This document shows positions 25,963-37,399 of a stretch of 64,000 nucleotides of DNA, piece after piece. How positions within the stretch are numbered: the first letter of the stretch is position 1; every line of letters begins with the position of its first letter. Source of the DNA: Gnetum montanum (lineage: Eukaryota; Plantae; Gnetophyta); NCBI GenBank assembly GCA_015680685.1, contig MNCI01001305.1, positions 328,729 to 392,728 of the forward strand, written 5' to 3'. Made by a program: the position numbers and the translations under genes. A model generated the notes under the pieces. It was not told the origin of the DNA and did not search any database. It was given only the letters and a program-made list of their open reading frames with translations.

Positions 25963-26569
25963 TTGGCCCTTCTTCATTGATGTTTGGAGGATTAACCTAA
26001 GAGACATCAACAAAGAATACAAAGCATCACTGCATGTCCATCACAAACATTCCCTCCTCCCTTTTTGTGGGGTGAAACCTTCATTGGGTTTCTTTACCAA
26101 AGCCAATTTTAATTTAGTTTTTTCATCAAGTGAGATGTGTTACACTTGATGGAATAGATGGTTTCCCATTAAATGAAGTATGTTACATTTAATGGACTTG
26201 ATGATGGAGCATGGCAAAGGGATGTTGTATGGCCATAGTGCATGAGTGTTGAATATTAGTCAACATTGTCATCCAAGGTAAGGAAGGTTATAACCAAGCT
26301 ACAAGGTTGGCTTAAGGGAATGATAATGAAAATGATGTGGAATAAGTATTCTTGGAGTAGCAAGACAAACTTACCAAATCTTGCACATCAAGATCATGTG
26401 GTGAGTTGTCGTCGTGATGAGTTGCACCTCCATGATGACTCTCAACTTCACCCTGCAAGCACAACTCCAAAAGGACAAGAAAACCAAGTGAAGAAATCAT
26501 GTTATTATAATGAAATACATAAGGCCACATAGAACATTTCAATAGATTCAGCTACCAGAGGTTACCTGT

Positions 26570-26752
26570 GTTGCCAGTTTAAGGCCCTGGCAAACCATGG
26601 CACCAATTTAAGGTCTTAGCTAACCATGGTATCAATTTAAGGCCTAGGTAGGCTATGTTGCTAGTTTTAGGCCTTGGTAGGCCATGGTTGCACCAATTTT
26701 ATGCCTTGGTAGGCTATGGTTATACTAGTTTTAGGCCCTAGTAGGCCATGGA
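26570..26752. repeat. Tandem array of about six 28-33-bp GCCAGTTT(T/A)AGGCC units
   Basis: GCCAGTTTAAGGCCCTGGCAAACCATG, ACCAATTTAAGGTCTTAGCTAACCATG, GCTAGTTTTAGGCCTTGGTAGGCCATG, and others. Confidence 0.85.
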
Positions 26753-27004
26753 AAGCAAGCTTACTTGTTATTAACCATTGAAATTGTCAACATCAATTGC
26801 TCATTACAACCTGTCAATAATAGAAAACAACACTACAAGCAAACATTTGAATGTTAGATATAATTAGGGCTATGTGATGGATTTAATGTTGCATTATAAG
26901 GGCTTGATGAGGTTATGAGTAGGATTGAGTTCTAGTGAGAAACTTGGTCATATGTGTTTTCTCCTCACCATCATGGTTTAGATGGGAATTTCGACTAGGG
27001 GACT

Positions 27005-29743
27005 TGTTGATGCATAAAGTTTGGATGCACCAACACCGAGAAAGAAAACTTGTTCTAGAAAACTATTGCCTATGGTGCCTCTTGTATGGGTATGGAAACC
27101 TGAGAATAGTCTTAGTTTGAGAGTGCTATGTAGCCTTCTGAAAACAGTAAAAAAAATGAGAATTTTAATTGGAATGAGTGTCTTGAATTCAAGAATACAA
27201 AAGGTAACCAGAATAAAATTTCTCTGCTTCTCTACCACTGTCGTCATTCACTATCGGTCTGTTGCAAATGCTACCATAGCCAACATTGCCTGTAGTCACC
27301 GAAGGAGGGAGAGAGAGAAGAGGCTAGATGAAGGAGCCTGCTAACACATCTCTGATGCATAAATAGAACATGCCCCATTGCCAACACGAGAGAGAGAAAT
27401 TTGTCCCTGTTTAGAGAACCCTACCGTGGATGCATCGCCCACCAAAAATAGAACAGAACTATAGAACTCTCATTTGCAACTACTACTGTCAACTATTGTA
27501 AAATCATAGCAAAGAGAGAGAGAGAGAACAAGCCCCCAAATCTCGTTGTCATGTGCCAGTAGACATGTTGATGTCTACAATCCTACATTTCCCACCATCA
27601 CGAGTCTGTCGCAAAAAGAAAAAAGAAACCTGCCACCACTTGGTTTCCTACTAAGATTGTTGACTATCATCCATGCAGCTTTGCCACTACTAACTGTCAT
27701 CGGTCCATTACCAAGAATAAAGAAATAGAACTATAAAACCCACCTACTATGCCTATCCTTCGCATAAGTCAGCTGCATCATTGTTGCTCTAAGAAATATA
27801 GGAGAAGAGAGAGAGAGAGAGAATCACCTTCCACTAGTTTCTTAGCCCCTAGAGACCCCCCCTACCCATCTGCATGTGCCTCAATGGAGAGAGACATAGC
27901 TATTCGAGAAGAGAGCCTAATTTATTAAGGAGGCCCTCACTTTCCCTAGGAGACCAATGGATCTTTTTTCTGCAATCCTCGACTTTATAGCTACCTGCTA
28001 GTGTCATTTCACCTCCTCACATGTCGATCCACATTCCTGCAAATCAATCCAGCTCCCTGCACATTGGTTCACCTTCCCACACGTTAGTCCACCTTCCCAC
28101 ATGTTAACATTGCTTAGTGAAATAGTATATGATTTTACAGGACAATTTTGTTGATCATGGCCCCATGCGATAGCATGGGCAAGGTTTGGCCACAACACTT
28201 AGCTCCCAAACAACAAATTGCATGCAAGTGTAAGGACCAACAAAAACCATGAAATCTTAAAAGGGAAATAATAAAATAAGAAAAATTTCAAAAAAATAAA
28301 TTTAAGTTTGAATAATAAAACAACCTCACCCAAGTTAGGACTTAAGGATCTCCAAAATCAAAAATTCAAAAATGGGACTAAGAAATGATGGTAAGGTTTT
28401 GGTAACAACAATTTTTATAAAATGGGAAGCATAAAAAGGTAGAAAATAAAGGGTCTAAAGACAAAGGTTCTTTTTAAAAAAATTCAATAAGTTCCAAGAC
28501 AGGATCAAAAAATGAAATAGCCATAAGAAAATGGTAAGAAAAGTTGATAAACAAAAGGCAAGAGAATGGCCCTCCTTCTAGTGCTAAAAAGGTGTTGATC
28601 CATAAAATTTGTTTTAGGAGACTATTTCCTAAGGCACCTCCTATATGGGTACAAAAACCCAAGTATAGTCTCAGTTAGAGAGGGCTAAGTGGCCTTTTGA
28701 AAATAGTTTAAAAAATAAGAATTTTAATTGGAATGAGTATCTCAAATTCAAAAATACAAAAGGTAACCAAAATAAAATTTCCCTGCTTCTTGACTACTGC
28801 CATCGTTCACCATTAGTTCATTGCAAATGCTGCTGCAACCAACACTACTTGTAGCCACTGGAGGAGAGAGAGAGAGAAAAGAGGCTAGATAAAGGGGCCC
28901 ACTGATGCATCTCTAATGCATAGATAGTATGTGCCACATCGCCAACACGAGAGAGGAAAATTTATCCTTGTTTAGAGAACCCTATCGCGGATGCACCACC
29001 TACTAAAAATAGAATGAAACTGTAGAACCTGAGCCTGCAACTATTGCTATCAACTGCTGCAACACCGCAGCACAGAGAGAGAGAGAGAGAGAGAACAAGC
29101 CCCTAGATCTTGTTGTCACATGCTGATAGACGTGGTGCTATCTCCAATCCTACGTCCACCACCATCACGAGTCTGCCACGAAAAGGGAAAAGAAAACCGC
29201 CGCGACTTGGTTTCCTATTGAGGTTGTTAACTGTCATCTATGCAACTCTACTGCTGCTAACTATCGTCACCCCGTTGCTAAGCATAAAGAAACAAGACTA
29301 CAAAACCCACCTACTACACCCGTCGTCCACTCAAGTCAATTGCACCACTATTGCCCCAAGAAAAATAGGAGAAGAGAGAGAAAAAAGCCACCGTTCGATG
29401 TTTTGTCAACCCCTAAAGACCCCCTTGCCCATTTGTGTGGGCCTCAATGGAGAGAGACGTAGCTATTTGAGAAGAGAGCCTAATTTGTTAAGGAGGCCCT
29501 CGCTCCTCCTGGGAGACTAATGGATCCTCTTTTTTTTTGCAATCCTCTGCTTTATAGCCACTTGCTAGGTACGTTTCATTTTCCCACACGTCGGTCCACC
29601 TCCCCACATGTTAGTTCACCTTCCTGCACATCGATCCACCTTCTTGCATGTTAACATTGCTTGGTGAAACAATATATGATTTTACATGATAGTTTTGTTG
29701 ATTATGGCCCCATGCAATAGTTTGGACGAGGTTGGCCACAACA
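27005..29743 (-). mobile_element. Non-coding mini LTR retroelement: two ~1.15-1.2-kb LTRs (27005-28197, 28593-29743) around a 395-bp internal region
   Basis: Both LTRs run TGTTGAT…GGCCACAACA. Asn PBS at 28570-28586; GGGAGCTAAG PPT-like tract before the 3' LTR. Removing it restores the E pol linker (SIIEG|HLVEIP). TSD only 3/5 (GGACT/TGACC). LTRs contain (AG)n tracts. Confidence 0.85.
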
Positions 29744-30974
29744 TGACCCTCTATGATGCTTCTAGTTTCAAGGTGAATGGTTATTGGGCTATTTCAAGGT
29801 GTTATAGTTGTATGGTATAGTGGTTTCAAAGCTCAAGGTTTGGATATTTAAGGTCAACTTGGTTTGACAACATCAAGAGAGGGGTTTGCTTAGGCTTTAA
29901 GACTAGTCAAGTTTGCTTCCTCATCCTCCTAGCTTAATCCTACGTGACAACATAAACATATCAAGTGGCACCTATGTAATAAAATGATTAAAAAATTGAT
30001 AAAACCAATAAAATAATGCCAACAATAATGCAACATACTATGGTAATAATGCATAAATGAGACAAAACTTTGAAACAAAGCTCATACAAGCATCATGTAA
30101 TGTCAACAAGGACTATAAGGCAATACAAGGTAATGCAGGGTCAAACATGGTTAAACATGGTCATGTTTTTGCTAGTTTAAGGCCTTAGGGAGCCATAAGA
30201 TTGCTAGTTTTAGGCCTTGGCGAGCTGTGGTGTGAGACCTATTTAACTAGGTAGGGTCACTTTGAGGCAAAAGCAAGGTAAAACTTGGTCAACAAGCTAA
30301 AATAAAGTTGTAACAAAGTAAAGGCAAGGTAAAAATACAAAAAATATGACAAACAAGGCCAAAACATTATAAATTCTAATATAAATTTAATGTAACTTTT
30401 TCTAAAAAATTCTTTTTTAAAAAAAATTATTATAATTTACTATTATTATTATTGACCTTTTCTTTCAAGCTGATGAGAGATTTACGTTTGAAAGAGTACC
30501 AACAATAGTGAAACTTTGCATCTAAGCAAGGCTAGTTTTGCCTCCATGTCTAACGAGGAGAAGAATTGAACCAATAAACTATTTTGGTCAAGGGATGTTT
30601 GATCCTAATGAAGATGAAATTGTCTATGATATGAAGGTCAAAATATCAAACCAAGTTATCAATCTGTATGAACCATATAACCTAATTGAATTTAGTCATC
30701 CTCTACCATCTTAGGGGTCATTAGACACTTAGCTGAACAAACGTCAAAGGCATGGATTACTTTTGAGACTGTATGCTCTTACATGGTGGCACGTGTGCCA
30801 CTGCCCGTGAACGTGGACTGTTGAGAGTCCTTATCGCAAGACAAATTTTGCATAGGCAGAGACGGCGAGGGGAGGGATGCTGTCGGCGTCCATGGAACGG
30901 CTGCCGGAACCGCGGCAGTCCATTTTGCCGTGCTCATAGGGCGAGGTAGAGAACTGGAAGAGCATGAGTTCTCT

Positions 30975-32121
30975 TCAAAGCTGAAGTAGAGCAGCAGCAT
31001 CTGTTCTTGATACGAATGTCATGCACAGGGGAGGGTTCTTTTTAGCCAGTGCAAGAATTGCAGAAGGAAGGGTCTAGAGTCCATCGCCACAGATCAAACT
31101 CGAGGCCACAGCAGGAACCAGAAGATCTGCTTTGGGTTTGTTCAGTTTTGTCCACACAAACACAATCACAGTGCCCACAAACATGTCAATGGTGAAATAT
31201 TGACCAATATAAAAGGGAATAGCCATTGCCATGGGAATGGGTATGAAAGCGGGCACTTTCTTTGGGAAAAAAAATCTTTTATGAGATTTGTGTCATTGCA
31301 AAGGCAAAGAAACCACAGCAAAGCTGAAGACAGTGCTTGGGCAGAGCAGAGAACCCTTCAATTCCAATCAGAGCCATTTGTCTGTAAATAGCTGCATATG
31401 GTGCTGGGTATTCCTTGGAAACTCCAATGTCAAATGCTGTCCAAAACATCTAGAAGGTTAAAGGGGCTAGAATGCAGCCCATTGCAATACCAATAATTTG
31501 GCTGGCAAACATGGATCTGGATGAGGACATTGTCAAATACCCAGTTTTGAAATCCTGCATCAAGTCTGATGCAGTGTTCACAATTACCATCATGACACCC
31601 ATTAATGCCAAGCCTGCAACGACACCCCATCACTCCCTGCCCATGCTGCAAATATGAAAAGCCCCAGCTTCCCATGGTTTGATGCCAAGCTCCAATCTGT
31701 CAAACAACACCCATATGAATTGCAAAACCCTAGAATTGGTGCTGCTACGTACCCTGAAAGGACATGGTACCACTTCACTTGGTGAAATATCTTGGGCATT
31801 ACCCTGATTGATATGGCAGCCAGTGCTACATATGCTGTTGCAGCAACATGAAATGGTATGCTGCCCTTCATGAAGATCTCATTACGCTTCCTTTCAACCA
31901 GTGATTGCTGAGATTCATCGGGAGCTGGATTGTTGATGTCGGAATTTGCCACAGGGAGTTGCCCTCTCCTCTTATGTTGTCGATACAGGAGTAAAGATTG
32001 TTACGGTCAATATCTTGACAAAGTTGTAAATCCCGTCTCCTAAAATAATGGCCACTGCAATAAAGATCTTGTAACCATATAGATCTTTTAGATCGTTGGC
32101 AGACAACCCTGCTGGAAACCA
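30975..32121 (-). pseudogene. YSL: YELLOW STRIPE-LIKE (OPT family metal-nicotianamine transporter) C-terminal half; intronless and disrupted
   Basis: WFPAGLSANDLKDLYGYKIFIAVAIILGDGIYNFVKI; FCNSYGCCLTDWSLASNHGKLGLFIFAAWAG; [28 protein letters not shown]; [13 protein letters not shown]…LICGDGL*TLPSAILALAKKNPPLCM. At least 3 frameshifts and TGG->TAG stops (~31450, 31074); N-terminal half absent. Confidence 0.93.
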
Positions 32122-32230
32122 GGGCTGCTCTTCCATCTGCTCCAATAGGGCTATGAATTGTTCGGTATCGTCCATTTGCTGCAGCAGTGCAAGATTCAGG
32201 AAGCGTTTGGCATTAAAATGAGAGATTCTA

Positions 32231-33490
32231 ATGCGGCTGCGCAGAAAGGGTTTTGACAGGGGGGGGAGGGTTTCCGTACTAACAACGGTTGTAGGTAATG
32301 CAGGGCCGATGGTGAATAGGGCACAACTCGGGCGTTCATGGCCCTCATCAGGGATCCCGAGGTACAGTGGCGGGAGCAGCCAGGCTATGCGGTGCAGGAT
32401 TTGCAGAAAGGTTCTTGGGTCTGGAGGAGCTCTGGGCGGCCACCTGAGAGTTATGGCTTTTTCGATTTCCACCACATGCCAACAATGGTTGACATCCTTG
32501 CCTCTGATTCTGCCATAGAGGACGCTGACATGCATATGGATTGTTGCAGTGAGTAGCAGCAGCAGGAGAAAAGCATTATGAGTGGTGGCTGTAATGAGCA
32601 AGAAGAGAAAGTTGCTATGGGGGATGGAGGAGGTGGAGAATTGAAACATGGCAAGATGATATCCATCTATGTCTTAAGAAGGAATCCCAAGAAAAGCATC
32701 AGAGTTGCAGATCAGAGTGATAATGATAATTTCAGTATGAGCTTGGCCTGCTCTCACTGTGGCAAGGAATTTTCCTCTTCCAGGGCCCTGCTTGGCCACG
32801 TGGGGTGCCACCCACAGAGGTATTCCAAAGATGATGACTGTGGCAGCGCTGGTGAATGCCATAATGATGATGATGATGATGCCGCCATTGCTGCAACTGC
32901 TTCAGACCTTGAGCAGAGTTCTGATGAGGATGATGATGATTGAGGAAGAGAAGGATGGCAGAATGAAGATGAAGGTGAAGCGGCAGCTCTGCAACAAGCC
33001 GCCTTCTTCTTCTGACCAGGAAAGTGATGCAGACAGCTTCAAAATCACTGGTAAGGTTATTTCTCCTAAACCAGGTCTCTTGAGCTTGAGCTGGCCTGTT
33101 ACTGCCAAACGCTACCGACGTAGATCCATTAAGGCAATTCAAGCTCAGTATTATGATAATGACCATGATGAAGGGGAAGATGAATAAGTACAGGACCAGA
33201 ACAAGGAAGATAAAGAGAGTGGTGGAGAGGACATAAAGAAGATCTACAGCAACAACCACTTGTAGGAGAAGATAATGCTAAAGAAGAAGAAGAAGAGGTG
33301 GATGAAGACAGAGATGTTGCGTATTCCTCGTAATACTTGCCAGCAATGGCAGCAATAACTATCATATTCACAGTAACCCAAGCTGCCATAATAACAAGGC
33401 CAGTGAGGAGCTCGTTGGCAATGCTCTTGAAAGAGGCTGCGGTTCCATACCCGACTTTACTCGGTCACAGGAATGCCATCAGTTGTTTTA
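32231..33490 (+). pseudogene. Plant C1-type (ZAT/ZPT, QALGGH-class) multi-finger C2H2 zinc-finger gene, disrupted
   Basis: CRICRKVLGSGGALGGHLRV (frameshift follows); YVLRRNPKKS; CSHCGKEFSSSRALLGHVGCHPQR; WPVTAKRYRR; acidic tract plus DVAY/LVILAS L-box-like segment; degenerate LLGHRNAISCF. Stops and frameshifts. A possible C-terminus (KIDLPCP, DLN-like) lies at ~34166-34460. Confidence 0.85.
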
Positions 33491-35551
33491 AAATGGTCTA
33501 ACCGCTGATGACATTTATCTCTTAGTGGGAATGTAGATCATGAATGTAAAAAGGATTTGTCTTTATTTTGTACCAGCTGAGTTTTAAAAAGAGCATTGGA
33601 GTGATGCATGACATGATAAGACTTGACTTCTTGTCTAAATCTACTGCCTTCCCTCCATTGCGTAAAAACATGCCTGCGTTTTCTAATGGGACAGTGTCCT
33701 TTGGCAGTTTGTTATTGAGAGCCAGCGTAGTCCCAGTCTTTCTTCAGCGTAGTCAAATTGAGAAAGCTAAAAATTTGGGTTTTGCCAAATGTGACTTCGG
33801 TGGGCCCCAGGACTCCTAGAAGGGCATTTCAACTTGTTTTCATCAATTTTTGAGTAAGTTTATGCGGACTACGCGCCCAAATTTCCCTCATGTAGTCCAG
33901 GCTCTGAGGGTCAAAAATGATGAAAAAAGATGGATTTGTTACTAAACACGCTTGGACAAGATTTTAGGGTCTTTCAATAGCAGGTTTAAGTCACTATTGA
34001 CACATTTTGACAAGTTTGTTGTGGACTACGCTGGGCTGAGGCAGCCAGAGTAGTCCCAATTTCCTCCCACCATAACCAAGGTTTGGGCAATGGTAAGTTT
34101 TCGACTTGAAAATTATTTATTTTTTTATTATTATTTTTATTTTTTGCATTCATGCTTCTGCAACAACAGGCATCATGGTCGTTATGATGGTTTAAGTAGG
34201 AAGGAGGCTGTGCCAGCAATTGGGCCACCAATTTCTTTTTTCCCCTATCAGAAACAGGGGCGCAGGATCTTTAGAATCCAACTGCTGTGGGAGACTGCAG
34301 AACAGAAAAAAAAAATTGATCTGCCTTGTCCGAAGTAGGTGATCAGGAGCATCATCCCCAAGGGTTGTTGCCCCAGCAGCAGCAGCATTAGCATCACCAA
34401 CCCAACCCAGTAGCAGAGGACTTTCTGCTTTCTCTGGTTTCTGGATTGAATTGCAAGATATTTATGTTTCTGTGTGCGTGTGTCTCCCTGTGAGTTTCCT
34501 GCTTCTGATCGATGGTTTCGTAAAAGAATGAGCTCATGTTATTGATGGGTTGCTTGCGTGGTTCTCAAATATAAAAACGTTGTTGCATATGCAGGGGAGT
34601 AGCTGCCGGGCTTAGGATTATGATTTAATACAGCTGTTGCTGCATTTGTGACGGGCCCATGGCAGAGTTCCAAGGTTTCTGGAAAATCAATTTGAGTTGT
34701 TTATAAGTCAATTTGGGTAATTTTAGCTAGACTATGCTAAGCTCAGGCAGTGACTACACTGCGCCAGCGTAGTCACAAGTTCCATTCAGCTTAGTCAAAA
34801 GTTCCCATCACAAGTTCCATTCAAGCTTAGTCAAATTCAGCGTAGTCTTGGTTTGGGAAATGGTAAGCTTTGCCTTGTAAACTTAAATTTTTGGTAATAT
34901 CAGGTTTGACAGCTGTATCTTAAATTTTTGGTTATATCAGGTTTGATAGCTGTATCTGTTTGTGAGAGTTTCCTATACTTAAAAGATTGATCAATTCTTA
35001 CAGTACTACAGGTAGTTCAATTCTTACAGTACTACAGGTACTATTACTAACTGGGGAGGCTTTAATTGCATCTTAGAAATTGCCACAAGTTCTTGCCTCC
35101 CACATCCAAACCTGCTATGTTGTAACTTATTCTTGTAAATCCTCTAGTTCCCCAATGGTATCCAAGGAAGCAGAGGAGGTTCCTGAAAATCGTTGTTTTC
35201 GTCAGTTTCCTGAGGCTTTGCAGGGCACGGTGTGACAGCAGATGGGCAGTAACACAAGGCTGTGCGTGAGCTTTGTCATGCAGTAGCATGGCACGGCCAC
35301 GCTACCAGCCGCTATGTGTCTTTACTAAGAACAAGGTTTCTTGATCTAAAAATTTTAGTTGGGTGTAATGCAAAATTCTATAACTCAAGGAAATGGAGCT
35401 TCGTAGAGATCTGGAAACGCCCATCACAAAACTGTTTATGGATCACGTGGTCTCCCTTATGGTGAACAGCCGATCTATTTTGAAATGAAACGTATTATTA
35501 GGCATTTGTTTTACTTTCTAGTCATAATAGATAAGTCTACTATATATGCAG

Positions 35552-36285
35552 GTTCAGACGTATGATAATCAGCAGGCTCCAATGAAACACTTGCCCCAAC
35601 CGTCCCAGCAGTATCAGAGGCATACGAACCAATCGTTTCCCTCATCACAGATGCATCATCCTCAGCATACTCAAGCCATTGCCATTGCCAATACTGCATT
35701 TAATCCACAGCCACAGCAGCAGCTAACGATGCAGCAAGTTTCAAACCCTGCTTTTCAATATCCTCGACAAATGCCAACCCCATTTCGGAACACTCTTAAC
35801 CCGATAATTCAACACTCGGCAGCTTCACATGGTCCACAGACCTCACAAAACCCAATGGCTCAGGTTTCTAACCAAGCTATACAGTCAGGGTTAGTTTCCG
35901 CCCAGCAGCACCACCTTTTCCCACAGCAGATGCCAGCCATGCAACATGTTGCCGATCAGTTTATGCAAGCAGGACAGGTTCCACAGAATATTCAATACCC
36001 TAATCAGCAGGTACATTTATTTGACTTTGAGCTCGCACCATTAATGGATGCATTTCTCAAGCAAGGATTTGAGAGAAGTTTGAGACCTTTTGCAGGCAAA
36101 TGCACCAGTAACTTCGTGGTAATGGTGCTTCCAATCTTGCAATCCCATCTCTGAATCTGGTTCCCGCTGATCCCGCTACAGGCACAGCAATAGCTGCTTC
36201 AGGTGTTCCAGTCAATGCAGCAAGTGACTGGACAGAACGTCCTGATGGCTCAGAATATTGTTACAACAAAGCAACACGTGTAAGC
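35552..36285 (+). pseudogene. Two exons of an FCA-like RNA-binding protein gene (Q/P-rich region plus truncated WW domain)
   Basis: Exon 35552-36010 is Q-rich; GT-AG intron 36011-36095; exon from 36096 has a +1 frameshift, then ASDWTERPDGSEYCYNKATRVS, resembling the FCA WW motif WTEHTSPDG.KYYYN..T.ES. No RRM exons seen. Confidence 0.7.
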
Positions 36286-37399
36286 CCAAACCGTTGCCCC
36301 TGGCCACTACGCTCGGTGGGCGTAAATGATGAGATTATGCCTACCCCAAGCTGATGCTGAGCAATGCACGGTACAGCAAGTTCGTCCACTGTTTGCTGCT
36401 GCCTTCCTAATTGAATTAATTTTTAAGCCCTCAAAATTATGATTAATAATCCCGTGTACAGCCATAGTTAATCATTTCTCCCCAAATTTACCGCATATTG
36501 ATGCCTTGTGTTGTAATTGCCTAACCATCGGACTATTGGTAACAATATGATAGTCCTCACTCCATCCTGGAATGGAATGGCATGGCATGCATTTTCATAT
36601 TTGAATATCTGGTATAGTCACAATCATGGAAACACATAATCATACAGAAATGGTTGACGTTGCATAGATTCCAATCGTTTATGGCATCACTAATTGCTAC
36701 ATGTTTTTATTGTTCCCATACCTTGGGTGTTGGCAGCTATCATGTTTTTATTGTTCCCATACCCTAGGGGTGTTGGCAGCTATCACCTTGATAACATTTC
36801 TCCTACGCTCCCCTAGTTTGATTATAGTTTGATTATACCTTTTAATGTGAGTGTTGTGCTAGGCTGGCAAAATGTCATGGTTGGTGGATGTTGCCACATT
36901 CATAATTTTTTTGTTGTTGCATTATATAATTGTGGCCATGACTATAGACATTTGGTTACAAACTTTTAATTATTTTCACCATATTCTATATTCCTCTATG
37001 CTTTATAGCTTTATATTTTTATGTGAACATAAGTGATTAATGCAATAAGGCTATTTGGTTAAACTGGAAAAACAAGATATAATCATGTAACTAAGACTTG
37101 TAAACAACGTTATTGGGTAGATCCATGACAACATTGGTACAAGGACAAAAAGACAAATTCATTATGCCCACCAATTTTAGGCCCCAATGGAACACATGTT
37201 GCCAATTTTAGGCCTTGGCAGGCCATGATCCATACTTGCTTAGCAAGTATGGGATGCTCTCGAAAGAGCATACAAGGATAGAATCGACAATAAAACATGA
37301 TATAATGTCGCAAAGGTGAACCAACGACCATTAATCAAAGAAGGAACTAGACATCTGCTAAGAACTTGTTGCTTGATCTTTGATCAATCAATGGACTTT

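Noticed and set aside
29110-29520. 136-aa ORF in the mini-element LTR
   Set aside because: Broken by stops in the sister LTR (27546-27960) and has no known motif.
30470-30530. CTGATGA…GAAA hammerhead ribozyme core
   Set aside because: Stems I-III cannot be paired convincingly.
32732-33389. His-rich and hydrophobic minus-strand ORFs
   Set aside because: Antisense shadows of the (GAT/GAA)n acidic tracts of the C2H2 pseudogene.
35546-36154. 202-aa ORF as a complete gene
   Set aside because: It begins in a splice-acceptor region and reads through an intron; it is an internal exon of a fragment.
36320-36362. C/D-box snoRNA (ATGATGA…CTGA)
   Set aside because: The boxes are only ~25 nt apart and there is no terminal stem.
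30360-37100. Helitron or Pack-MULE/CACTA termini around the cargo
   Set aside because: No TC…hairpin-CTRR ends, TIRs or TSD could be identified by eye; not excluded.
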